From Candidatus Nanohaloarchaea archaeon (lineage in GTDB: Archaea; Nanohalarchaeota; Nanosalinia; Nanosalinales; Nanosalinaceae), in the NCBI GenBank assembly GCA_041640035.1, contig JBEQBC010000003.1:32001-96000 (forward strand): a DNA stretch of 64,000 nt. The letters are read 5' to 3'. A program made the position numbers and the translations under genes. Under the pieces are notes generated by a model. It searched no databases. It had not been told where the DNA came from and saw only the letters and a list, made by a program, of their open reading frames with translations. Positions 1 to 9,423 of this stretch are shown piece by piece; positions within the stretch are counted from its first letter, which is position 1, and each line of letters starts with the position of its first letter.

Positions 1-16
1 CGATACTATGATTCGT

Positions 17-535
17 ATGAAAAACAGAAAGGGTATTACCCCTGTAATCGCGATTGTTTTGCTTCTGATGGTTACTGTTGGGGCTGTTGGAGTTGTTTAT
101 ACTCAGTTCCAGTCCTTAGTCGGTGACCCGGCAGAAGCCGTAGGTAGTCAACAGGAGGTAAGAAACACAGAGATGAGTTTCTCCTCCGTCTACAACAATA
201 ACAGTGGCGACCTGGTTGTTCAGGTAAGTAACACTGGAAGCGTAGCATGGAACACAAGCGAGTTCACCATGCAGTTCATTCCCGGCGGAGAAGGAACCGC
301 AGTAAACTGGAATGTAGCTGAACAGGAATTCTCAGGATCTTCTTCGGATTTCAACTGCTTCTCTGACTCAAGCAGTTATGAAGTTGTTCAGCCTGAGGGC
401 ACCTACGAATGTGACACAGGATTTGCATTCCCTGGTTCCACGGACACGATTGGAATTCAGGTAGAGATGAACGGAGCAGATAAGTCCTGGAGTTACACTT
501 GCTCACCTGCGACTGCAGACTCACTTGGATGTTAA
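17..535 (+). CDS. Type IV pilin (major pilin candidate 1)
   Basis: Class III signal peptide RKG|ITPVIAIVLLLMVTVGAVGVVY followed by a beta-rich domain with 4 Cys. Start at ATG 17 or ATG 8. Confidence 0.85.
   Translation: MKNRKGITPVIAIVLLLMVTVGAVGVVYTQFQSLVGDPAEAVGSQQEVRNTEMSFSSVYNNNSGDLVVQVSNTGSVAWNTSEFTMQFIPGGEGTAVNWNVAEQEFSGSSSDFNCFSDSSSYEVVQPEGTYECDTGFAFPGSTDTIGIQVEMNGADKSWSYTCSPATADSLGC
41..129 (+). repeat. 89-bp perfect repeat shared by the two pilin genes (copy 1)
   Basis: cctgtaatcg...cggtgaccc is identical to 717-805. Confidence 0.95.
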
Positions 536-568
536 AATCCAGAAAGGGTCCATCAGAACACAATCACA

Positions 569-592
569 ATTTTCTTCCCATTATTTTTTCTT
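569..592 (+). terminator. T-rich archaeal terminator after pilin 1
   Basis: ttttcttcccattattttttctt tract shortly after the stop codon. Confidence 0.5.
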
Positions 593-646
593 GAAAAACA
601 ATCAACTGAACACGGATTTTCGGATGCATATCCTTCTGTTCCAACC

Positions 647-654
647 TATATAAA
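647..654 (+). promoter_or_regulatory. TATA box for pilin 2
   Basis: TATATAAA about 33 nt upstream of ATG 687. Confidence 0.5.
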
Positions 655-686
655 GAGCTCTACATCATTTCTGTGTAGAACACTCT

Positions 687-1211
687 ATGTTAACTGAAAG
701 CCGGAAAGGAATTACTCCTGTAATCGCGATTGTTTTGCTTCTGATGGTTACTGTTGGGGCTGTTGGAGTTGTTTATACTCAGTTCCAGTCCTTAGTCGGT
801 GACCCAGCGCAGGCGGTCGGTGATCAGCAGGAAATCCGGAACACGGAACTCAGCTATTCCTCAGTTTACAGAGACAATTCGGATAACCTCAAAGTATATG
901 TGAAGAACACAGGCAGCGTGGCCTGGAATATCAGCGATTTCAAGATGCAATTTGTACCAAACGCGCAAGGAACCGCAGTCAACTGGATAGTAGCCAGTCA
1001 GGAACTAACCGGCACACAGTCTGACTTTAACTGCTTCACCGACGCAAACAGCTACCAGGTAATACAGCCAGGTCAGACATACGAATGTGATACCGGTTTC
1101 GAGTTCCCTCCATCAACTCAGTCGGTAGGAATTGAGATTGAGATGAGAGGAGCAGATAGATCCTGGAGTTACACTTGCTCGCCTACAACAGCTTCAGCGT
1201 ACGGTTGTTAG
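687..1211 (+). CDS. Type IV pilin (major pilin candidate 2), paralog of 17..535
   Basis: Same class III signal peptide and N-terminal helix, same 4 Cys, collinear globular domain. Confidence 0.85.
   Translation: MLTESRKGITPVIAIVLLLMVTVGAVGVVYTQFQSLVGDPAQAVGDQQEIRNTELSYSSVYRDNSDNLKVYVKNTGSVAWNISDFKMQFVPNAQGTAVNWIVASQELTGTQSDFNCFTDANSYQVIQPGQTYECDTGFEFPPSTQSVGIEIEMRGADRSWSYTCSPTTASAYGC
717..805 (+). repeat. 89-bp perfect repeat shared by the two pilin genes (copy 2)
   Basis: Identical to 41-129. Confidence 0.95.
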
Positions 1212-1272
1212 AAAGAACCGGTTTTTTCTCTCCCTTTATTTTATATTCAGGTTAGAACAAACTAGTCGATAT

Positions 1273-1935
1273 ATGGATAAAGGTCAGACCCAGGCAGTAA
1301 CTGCTGTAATAATTACAGGTATCACTTTGAGCGCGGTATCAGCGACCTATATCTGGGGTACACCGATACTTGAAAAGAGACAGAGCCAGCAGCAACTGGT
1401 TCAGACTGAGGAACAGGTCAGATCAATATATAACGGCCTTAACTCGATCAGAAACGGTGGAGAAGGAACTACAGAAAGAGTATCGCTTGACTTCTCTGAA
1501 GGAACAACTATAGACATAAATGAAACCGGAAACTACATTGAAATCACCACAACCGCGCAGAGCTCGCCTTACGCCCGTGGAACATGGTTCCTGCTGGAAG
1601 GACAAAGAGTACAAGGTCTTTCAGTTGGAGATGGAACATATGGTCAGAAAGGTCAGGACAGTCCTGGCGTAATCGCTTTGAGAGCGACAGGGTCGGAGAC
1701 AGTCACTATTCAGTACCGGGTCGAGTTCAGAAATCTGTATACTGAAACAGCTTCAGGACCGATACTGGAGATGACAGATGTACAGCCGCAGGGCGGAGAT
1801 TCAGCTACTGGAGAGACAGATTTGGTTCTTTCAAATGAAGGTGTTGAAATGGACACAGGGACAGATGCAGTAGAAACTGAAACAGGAGAACTTCTTAACC
1901 GTGAAAGGACTGTGGTTACAACTGAATTCCGGTGA
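1273..1935 (+). CDS. Minor pilin-like protein
   Basis: KG|QTQAVTAVIITG class III-like signal with hydrophobic helix, inside the pilus operon. Confidence 0.75.
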   Translation: MDKGQTQAVTAVIITGITLSAVSATYIWGTPILEKRQSQQQLVQTEEQVRSIYNGLNSIRNGGEGTTERVSLDFSEGTTIDINETGNYIEITTTAQSSPYARGTWFLLEGQRVQGLSVGDGTYGQKGQDSPGVIALRATGSETVTIQYRVEFRNLYTETASGPILEMTDVQPQGGDSATGETDLVLSNEGVEMDTGTDAVETETGELLNRERTVVTTEFR

Positions 1936-1975
1936 GAAAAATCGGATACAAGCTGAGTGCCGAGGAAGATAAATC

Positions 1976-2380
1976 TTGAAAGGACAGTACCTTGCCGTAG
2001 AGTACATTTTTGTAACAGGTCTCAGCCTTATACTCGTCTTAGGATCAGTAAGTATATTCGATCTCTACAGGGAAGAAGTCATGGAGACATCAGTCTCCGG
2101 TCAAACAGATATCGTAGCTTCCAAGATGACAGTACAGATGAACAACCTAGATCAGGTGGAGAGCGGAACTGTCGAGAAATCGGTTAGTTTGCCGGAAGAA
2201 ATGGGTAACCGCGAGTACGAATTATCGCTTGCACCTCCCAACAACCTACTGATAGATGTTCAAGGACAGGAATATACCTACGAATTGAGATCTCTGAATG
2301 AGTATGATTTTACCGGTACTGCTGAAGGCGGTCAAATAACTTTATACAAAAACAATGACCAATACAGTATAGCGGGGTGA
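1976..2380 (+). CDS. Minor pilin-like protein
   Basis: KG|QYLAVEYIFVTG class III-like signal, TTG start. Confidence 0.75.
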   Translation: MKGQYLAVEYIFVTGLSLILVLGSVSIFDLYREEVMETSVSGQTDIVASKMTVQMNNLDQVESGTVEKSVSLPEEMGNREYELSLAPPNNLLIDVQGQEYTYELRSLNEYDFTGTAEGGQITLYKNNDQYSIAG

Positions 2381-2392
2381 AAGTAAGTATAT

Positions 2393-4090
2393 ATGAGAAT
2401 GAACGGATTGGTAGAAAGGTTAAGAAGGGTTCAACATCCGGAATGGTATGAAGAAGAGGAAGAAGAGGACACACATCAAGAAGGTGTAAGACTTCCAACC
2501 CCAGGAGAATTCTCCCCAGACATGGTCGATGAAGGAGAAGAATCCGCTGACCTAACCGATGTAGATACGACTTACCCGCTAGTTCCTGAGGATCCGGACA
2601 AAGGCGAAATGGTGTACGCTTGGGCTCATATCAAATGGAATGAAGAAAGAGGGGAAGTAGTCTACAAGGTAATTGAACCTGAACTAACAGAAGAAACTGA
2701 GAAAATACTGGATAAGATCAGCGAGATAATGGAGAGAAGCTTCGATGTCACCTTCAACGACATGGAGAGCGAAGAAGCTGAGGACTACCTCGAAGAGAAA
2801 ATCGACATGATCGTTGACAAGTATGATATTTCTATAGACGACAGACAGCGCGAAATAATCCGTTACTACACAAAGAGAGATTTCGCCGGTCTGGGCAAGC
2901 TACAGCCACTGATGAATGATACAGAGGTAGAGGATATCTCATGCGACGGAAGCAGGATACCCGTATACGCATACCATAGAAATCCACGGTTCGGATCAGT
3001 AAAGACAAGTATTACCTGGGATGACAAAGACGAACTGGACGAGTTCGTCATGAAACTGGCACAGAGATGTGGAAAATCAGTTTCAGTATCCAGCCCGCTC
3101 CTAGACGGATCCCTTCCTGACGGATCTCGTGTACAGGCAACACTTGCTACAGATATTGCCCGTAAAGGTTCCAACTTCACGATCCGACGGTTCACAGAAG
3201 ATCCGTTGACACCGATTCATATGATGGATTATGAAACTGAGAATGCACAGATGCTTTCCTACCTTTGGACACTGGTCGAGCACGGTAAATCGATACTTGT
3301 ATGTGGAACAACTGGAGCTGGAAAAACTTCTCAGCTAAACTCCTTATCCCTATTCATCAAACCGGAGAAGAAGATTGTATCTATCGAGGATACGCCTGAG
3401 CTACGGCTTCCTCACGACCACTGGGTACCAGAAGTTGCCCGTTCAGGGTTCGGTTCCAGTGCAGAAGGTGGCGGAGAAGTAACAATGGACAATCTGTTAA
3501 AGGAATCTCTGCGTCAGAGACCGGAGTACATTATTGTCGGAGAAGTCCGAGGAGAAGAGGCTTACATCCTGTTCCAGCAGATGGCAACAGGACATACAGG
3601 GTTATCGACGATCCACGCAGATTCACTTGAGATGCTTATGGACCGTTTGACCACCGACCCGATCGATCTTTCACCTTCTCTGATTGAAACTCTTGACTTG
3701 GTTATGCTTATTAAGAGGATTAGAAGAGGCGGGAGCTATATTAGAAGGATTACCGGTCTTCATGAGATCAGAGGTTACGATGAGCGTACTGGTATCGATT
3801 CTAACAAAGTTTTCGGCTGGGATCCGCATGATGACGAGTATATAGTGGAGAATAACTCTCTTATCTTGAAGGATATTGCTGATCAGAGTGGTATGGAATA
3901 CTCTGATCTTCAGTCAGAGCTACGGAACCGTCAGCATGTCTTGAACTGGATGCAGGAGGAGCAGTACAAGCATTACAGGAAGGTTGGAGACCTGATTTCC
4001 CGTTATTATTCAGATCCTGAGTCAATTATGGAGAAAGTCGGGCAAACATTTAATTCAAATAATGAAGAAGTAGAAGTTAAGGATGCTTAG
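2393..4090 (+). CDS. Type IV pilus assembly ATPase (archaeal PilB/FlaI/TadA family)
   Basis: Walker A GTTGAGKT, Asp box SIEDTPEL, LRQRPEYIIVGEVRG, His box TGHTGLSTIHA. Confidence 0.95.
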   Translation: MRMNGLVERLRRVQHPEWYEEEEEEDTHQEGVRLPTPGEFSPDMVDEGEESADLTDVDTTYPLVPEDPDKGEMVYAWAHIKWNEERGEVVYKVIEPELTEETEKILDKISEIMERSFDVTFNDMESEEAEDYLEEKIDMIVDKYDISIDDRQREIIRYYTKRDFAGLGKLQPLMNDTEVEDISCDGSRIPVYAYHRNPRFGSVKTSITWDDKDELDEFVMKLAQRCGKSVSVSSPLLDGSLPDGSRVQATLATDIARKGSNFTIRRFTEDPLTPIHMMDYETENAQMLSYLWTLVEHGKSILVCGTTGAGKTSQLNSLSLFIKPEKKIVSIEDTPELRLPHDHWVPEVARSGFGSSAEGGGEVTMDNLLKESLRQRPEYIIVGEVRGEEAYILFQQMATGHTGLSTIHADSLEMLMDRLTTDPIDLSPSLIETLDLVMLIKRIRRGGSYIRRITGLHEIRGYDERTGIDSNKVFGWDPHDDEYIVENNSLILKDIADQSGMEYSDLQSELRNRQHVLNWMQEEQYKHYRKVGDLISRYYSDPESIMEKVGQTFNSNNEEVEVKDA

Positions 4091-4955
4091 AAAGTATGCC
4101 AATTTCTGCTACAATCTAGTGGGAAGTTTTGTCCTTCCGTATGTAGATGTTTTCGAAGGGCTTAGACCTCAGATTACAAAGGCAGATATCGAAGTATCCT
4201 TACCAGAATATGTCAGCATGATGTTCGCATCAGCTGGATTTGTCACCTTATTCATCGCACTGGTAGTAGGTACTCTACTTCTTCTTTCTCAGGGAATATC
4301 AGGTATGATAATCGCATTAACCTTCTCTCTCATCTCCGGAGCAGCTACAATCGTCGGTTTCTACATATATCCCTCGCTTATCAAAAGCAGCAGAGCCTCA
4401 AAAATACGGGACACACTACCTTTCGCCACGATGTATCTCTCAACTCTTGCAGGAACCGGAACAGCACTTCCAGAGATATTTGCCAACCTATCCAAAGTCG
4501 ACGAATACGGAGAAGTAGCGAGAGAAGCAGAAAAAATAGACAGAGATATCAAAACATTTGGAATGGATGCAAGCAAAGCAATACAGAGAGCAGCAGAAAG
4601 AACACCAAGCGAAGACTTCAGAGAACTGATGTGGGGAATGAACCATGTACTTACCACCGGAGGAACCATGCGAGACTTCCTTCAGCAGAGAGCAGCATCC
4701 CTGATGGACGATTACGAAAGAAGAGTAGAAGAGTTCGCAGATACACTATCTCTACTAGTTGAAATGTATATTACAGTTGTTATTGTCGGTTCAATCGTAT
4801 TCACTTCGATGTCCGCAGTCATGACAACATTCACACAGCTATCACCATCTGTAATCGTTACAATCCAGCTTCTACTGATATTCATGGGTCTTCCATTAAT
4901 CTCAGGCATGTTTATACTACTAGTACAGGGTCTATCACCGGGTGGTATCAATTGA
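4083..4955 (+). CDS. Type II secretion F-family membrane platform protein (TadB/C, PilC-like)
   Basis: LPFATMYLSTLAGTG...YGEVARE...A+ERTPS pattern, TM helices, directly after the ATPase. Confidence 0.9.
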   Translation: MLRKYANFCYNLVGSFVLPYVDVFEGLRPQITKADIEVSLPEYVSMMFASAGFVTLFIALVVGTLLLLSQGISGMIIALTFSLISGAATIVGFYIYPSLIKSSRASKIRDTLPFATMYLSTLAGTGTALPEIFANLSKVDEYGEVAREAEKIDRDIKTFGMDASKAIQRAAERTPSEDFRELMWGMNHVLTTGGTMRDFLQQRAASLMDDYERRVEEFADTLSLLVEMYITVVIVGSIVFTSMSAVMTTFTQLSPSVIVTIQLLLIFMGLPLISGMFILLVQGLSPGGIN

Positions 4956-5983
4956 TTGATTTCTTCAAAGATGAAGAACTGGAACCTGGATGGACCTTTG
5001 AAGATAAACTCATATTCGCCTCAGTAGCCATAGGTATAGTAACTATAGCCGTTGGAATCCTATTCTATACAAGCTTAGGTCCTCAGATCGGAGGATCAAT
5101 CCTGATATTCGGATTGATCATATCAATACTTCCATACGCAGGATACTCATTCCTCAAAAACCGTGCAGTTAGAGAAATCGAGAACCAGTTCCCCTCATTC
5201 CTAAACGACCTGGCAGAATCCAAAAGAGGAGGTATGACCCTGCTTAGAGCCCTTGAGTCAGCACGGGAATCAGACTACGGAAGACTGAACAATGAGATAG
5301 AAAAAGTACACAACCAGATGACATGGGGAGTACCGTTCCCACAAGTCATGCAAAGATTCTCACGCAGAATGAGCGACTCCTCAGTAGTTCAGGAATCACT
5401 CTCGATTATTATCCAGAGCTTCGAGAGTGGAGGAAACATAACAGATACAATCGATTCAGTAGCAGAGGACGCAGACCAATTAAGAGAGGTAATACAAGAG
5501 AAAGATGCACAGCTCAAACAGCAGCTCGTCATCATGTATGTCATCTTCTTCCTCTTCATAGGGATCACAGTAGGAATCTACTTCCTGCTAGCCCAGTTAC
5601 TCGGACTGGGGTCAACAGACCCTGGAGCACTTTCCGGAATCGGAGAAGTCATCGGCTCTGGAGGAGGAAACACAGATGTCAACTTCTGCGGAGGACAGAT
5701 CGCGACAGCACAGCCATTCTGTTCAACAGCACGAATATTCGGCTTCGTACCGGCGGATATGTCGCTTACCTCACAGGAAGCAGAAAAGAGAAGTTATGGG
5801 AATATGGCGTACTATAAGTCGTTGCTGTTCTTGATGCTTATGATTCAGGGGATGTGTACCGCTGCCGTAGCAGGACAAATAAAGGAAGGAAGTCCAAGCG
5901 GAGGTATAAAACATGCACTGATAATGCTTCCGCTTGCACTCGTTGTATACATACTGGTTGTAGCTCCTGCAGGTGTAAGCTAG
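4952..5983 (+). CDS. Second T2SS-F family membrane platform protein
   Basis: IENQFPSFLNDLAESKRGGMTL...YGRLNNEI...WGVPF pattern, TM helices. Confidence 0.9.
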   Translation: MIDFFKDEELEPGWTFEDKLIFASVAIGIVTIAVGILFYTSLGPQIGGSILIFGLIISILPYAGYSFLKNRAVREIENQFPSFLNDLAESKRGGMTLLRALESARESDYGRLNNEIEKVHNQMTWGVPFPQVMQRFSRRMSDSSVVQESLSIIIQSFESGGNITDTIDSVAEDADQLREVIQEKDAQLKQQLVIMYVIFFLFIGITVGIYFLLAQLLGLGSTDPGALSGIGEVIGSGGGNTDVNFCGGQIATAQPFCSTARIFGFVPADMSLTSQEAEKRSYGNMAYYKSLLFLMLMIQGMCTAAVAGQIKEGSPSGGIKHALIMLPLALVVYILVVAPAGVS

Positions 5984-5987
5984 GAAA

Positions 5988-6812
5988 ATGAGAAAAGGCC
6001 AGTCCACAATCGAATTCCTGGGAACATCACTGATGTTCATCGCACTTCTCGGCTCAATCCTGATGGTGGCATCTGATTCCATACCCCAGTTCGATGACGA
6101 AGTAGAGGAAGCACGGATGAACATGGAGATACACTCTCTGACAAGTCAGATGCTCACACAGCCAGGCTCAACACCTTCATCATCGAACTGGGAACAAAAC
6201 CCTGACGATATCCAAACCTTTGGACTGGCAGACAAAAACGGAGAAGTCGAACTTTCAAAGATCGGAGCACTGGATGATTCAGCAAACAACCCGTCTACAC
6301 TAAACTACACAGAGTTCAGAGAGGTAACAGAGATAAACAATCAATACCGGATGATATTCACTTGGTATCCGGTCGTGGAGACCTACAAAACCTTTACACG
6401 CTCAAATCCTCCCAGCCAGATACTGGAACCTACAGTAAGTGAATACCAGAACTCAGATAACACCGTTCACTACGGAACAGCCTTCATAAACGGACATGAG
6501 ATGAAGTTCGTCGTAACTGCTCATGACGGTGTTTATGACACAGTTTACATCTCGGAGAACTGGAACTTCGGTACATCTGAAAGAGCACAGCGCGGACAAG
6601 TAGTGAATATACAGGGAATGGATTTCACAGTCACACAGTTCCAGAACAGAGTTAACGACCCTGGTAACATGGTGATCTTCTCATCACAGATCAAAGATTT
6701 CGGAGCACCTCAGGAGCAGGCAGCAACCGTAGTAAAGCTTAACAGGTACGCAGTACTCAAAGATATAGAATCTGACGACTTCCCGGTCAAGATCGAGGTG
6801 TTAACATGGTAA
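5988..6812 (+). CDS. Minor pilin-like protein
   Basis: RKG|QSTIEFLG class III signal with Glu at +5. Confidence 0.75.
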   Translation: MRKGQSTIEFLGTSLMFIALLGSILMVASDSIPQFDDEVEEARMNMEIHSLTSQMLTQPGSTPSSSNWEQNPDDIQTFGLADKNGEVELSKIGALDDSANNPSTLNYTEFREVTEINNQYRMIFTWYPVVETYKTFTRSNPPSQILEPTVSEYQNSDNTVHYGTAFINGHEMKFVVTAHDGVYDTVYISENWNFGTSERAQRGQVVNIQGMDFTVTQFQNRVNDPGNMVIFSSQIKDFGAPQEQAATVVKLNRYAVLKDIESDDFPVKIEVLTW

Positions 6813-8551
6813 AAAACAGGAAAGGACTAAGCTACTCGCTTGAAGTCATCATATCAGCACTGATAATAATCAGCTTCACCTACGGAATATTCCAGGTACC
6901 TCAAGGAAATGACTGGGGACAGTACCGCTCAAAGATCGAAGCCCAGGACCTGACACAGACAATGCATAAATCAGGTATCGCCACCAGTGTGATCAGCAGA
7001 GGTGAAACAGGCTCACTTCAAACAGCAATAACCACCGTATCGGATAGCGGAAAGGAGGTATCCGGAAGCGTCACCAATATTCCGATCGGAGATGTGGAAG
7101 TAGGGTATAACACGGTGGATTCCAAACAGTTTACACCTGCACTGGAGGAAGTATCCGCTGTAGGCGGTACTTGTGACGGTGATCTCCAAGACGATATCGA
7201 TACAGAGCAACCTATCCTCCGGACCGAAAACCTGGGTGTAGGAGGAGATAACTATGATGTGAGGCTTTACATAGCTGATACAGAGTCCCAGTTCGATGAA
7301 TCGGTAGATTACAACACTATCTGGGTCGATAACGGCACACAGTGCCAGTTCGAGGCAGATGAAGGACCATACTACCTTGAAGACAACTTCAAATGGGGAG
7401 ATAGCAACAAAACGGGGTATCCACGAGATTACTTCCAGGTGAAAGATATTACAGCAGGTGAACTAACCCTTTACCAGTCAACTCTTCCGACACAGATCCA
7501 CAAACAGATGAGCGAACCTCTTAATTCTCTCAGACCGGAAGTAGAAATCGATGTAATAGATATCAGGGATGAGGAAATGAATCAGGATCTCTTTGTATTC
7601 AGGAACTCAGACGCCCTGAATATAATCGACGGAGGTGAGAGAGGAGATCTAGAGGAGTATATGCGCGACAATCCGGTTGTCATGATGATGGATATGTCAG
7701 AAAGCCAGTTCGATAGCTCAAACTTCATGGATGACACGGGGCTGCACTGGATAGATATAGGTTTCAACGGAGGTTACTCCGGTGGACCAACTGATATATC
7801 TTTCAGTAACTCCGACAGATCCCGGAACATAGAGACACTTCTCGAAGGAATGGAAGGTGACCGATCAAACATACAGCTACCGCCAGCAGGACCAATAACC
7901 TCAAACACCTCAGGCACAATCACCGATCAAAACCCTGCTGTGGAAGGTGCAGCACTTCTCAACACAGATCTCTGGAGCGATCAGGTAAACGGAATGTCCA
8001 GTGTAAGTGCTGCAGGTGATCCCCAGCCTAACTGCGGTAATAGATACGAAGGTAATGTTAATCTACCAAGCGGAAACTACGATATAATAAATACGGAAGT
8101 CGGAGCTGCTGGAAGCTGTCCAACTGATGCCTGGGCAGTCAACATCGACCTCCCGGATGTATCCTCTCCGGGGCTCGGACCTTACCTTCAGGGAGAGAGA
8201 ACAACAATCGATAGAAGACAGTACACTATCATTACAAACTCTGGGGATGCGAGCTGCGATCTTGGGGAATGTGTAGAGTTAAGGTTCTCCGGTAATTCAA
8301 ATGTGGAAGTCGTAAATTATCGTGAAAGCTTTGAGGGCTTTGATGGTGATAGACTGGCTTTAACAGGTAAGAAATCCAGTTACAATGAGGACGAGCTGGA
8401 ACTGCTTGGGTCTCTCATGTTCAGTATGTACGACTCAGAGGTCGTCTTCGAAGGAAGAGATGATCCAACATCGATCTCAACAAATGTGATCGCAAGCGTT
8501 GATAACACTACCTACATGCCTTACCAATTGAGACTGAGGTGGAGTCAGTGA
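6806..8551 (+). CDS. Large pilin-like protein
   Basis: RKG|LSYSLEVIIS class III-like signal, large acidic extracellular region with paired Cys. Confidence 0.7.
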   Translation: MVKNRKGLSYSLEVIISALIIISFTYGIFQVPQGNDWGQYRSKIEAQDLTQTMHKSGIATSVISRGETGSLQTAITTVSDSGKEVSGSVTNIPIGDVEVGYNTVDSKQFTPALEEVSAVGGTCDGDLQDDIDTEQPILRTENLGVGGDNYDVRLYIADTESQFDESVDYNTIWVDNGTQCQFEADEGPYYLEDNFKWGDSNKTGYPRDYFQVKDITAGELTLYQSTLPTQIHKQMSEPLNSLRPEVEIDVIDIRDEEMNQDLFVFRNSDALNIIDGGERGDLEEYMRDNPVVMMMDMSESQFDSSNFMDDTGLHWIDIGFNGGYSGGPTDISFSNSDRSRNIETLLEGMEGDRSNIQLPPAGPITSNTSGTITDQNPAVEGAALLNTDLWSDQVNGMSSVSAAGDPQPNCGNRYEGNVNLPSGNYDIINTEVGAAGSCPTDAWAVNIDLPDVSSPGLGPYLQGERTTIDRRQYTIITNSGDASCDLGECVELRFSGNSNVEVVNYRESFEGFDGDRLALTGKKSSYNEDELELLGSLMFSMYDSEVVFEGRDDPTSISTNVIASVDNTTYMPYQLRLRWSQ

Positions 8552-9423
8552 AGAGTAAAGGACAGTTTATGGCCTTAACATCAGTACTTGTATCTGTTAT
8601 AGTTCTTTCCATGACAGGAGCTATAACCCAGTTCCAGAACCAGAACTACCAGCTAGATGATACCGCACACATAATTGATACTGTGAAGGAGGAAGCCGGG
8701 AAAGTAGATGTCAACAAAGTAGATGAAAGGGAAAGCTTCAGAGAATTCATCGAATCGATACCGAACTACCGCTCAACCACTGAATACGATGCCACAAATG
8801 AATGCTTCGATGTAACCATGGAGAGAACCGGTGACCAGATCACGCTTGAATGCATAGGGGGTAACAGCGCCACTACAGAAGAAGTAAGACTGATTTCAAT
8901 AGGACTGAACGCACGACAGGGTGATGAGGGAGGTAGTGGTACAGGAACCGCTCCAATACCACCGGGAGAAACAGAAAACGACTACGGAGGGGTTTACGAT
9001 GCAGAAAACGGCAGGAAACTACACGATGGATCAAGATCCTACGCCGTATCTGTTTATGACCTAGATACTAACAGCTTCCAGTACCACAGAAACTACGATG
9101 TATATGGCGAAACAGATGAAGCAGATAGGATGGCCCAGGATATCGAGGACCTTGGAAACGACAGATCCAAGATAGTAATGATCACGACACAAGATGAACC
9201 ACAGAACAACAGGTTCCACGGAGATTTACCTGATGAAATGTATGATTTAGGAGCTTCAGAAGATGTATGGGGTGCTGGCACAGGTCAGTTCGTATACAGA
9301 AGTGCGTATGTACTGGTTGGAAGGCCGGGACTGGGAGAAGGAAACGCCTATCTAGAGGAGTACAAAGGTGAAGAAGACCGGCATGAAGATTCCTGGGTTG
9401 ATGTAACCTTTGAATTAAGCTGA
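8548..9423 (+). CDS. Pilin-like protein with C-terminal ILEI/PANDER (FAM3, GG-type) domain
   Basis: KSKG|QFMALTS signal. C-terminal pattern RSYAVSVYD...YDVY...IVMITTQDE...LGA...YRSAYVLVG resembles ILEI/GG domains. GTG 8548 follows GAGGTG. Confidence 0.65.
   Translation: MKSKGQFMALTSVLVSVIVLSMTGAITQFQNQNYQLDDTAHIIDTVKEEAGKVDVNKVDERESFREFIESIPNYRSTTEYDATNECFDVTMERTGDQITLECIGGNSATTEEVRLISIGLNARQGDEGGSGTGTAPIPPGETENDYGGVYDAENGRKLHDGSRSYAVSVYDLDTNSFQYHRNYDVYGETDEADRMAQDIEDLGNDRSKIVMITTQDEPQNNRFHGDLPDEMYDLGASEDVWGAGTGQFVYRSAYVLVGRPGLGEGNAYLEEYKGEEDRHEDSWVDVTFELS

Noticed and set aside
17-5983. Archaellum (fla/arl) operon
   Set aside because: No FlaH, FlaF or FlaG in the locus and two separate TadC-like genes, which fits a pilus
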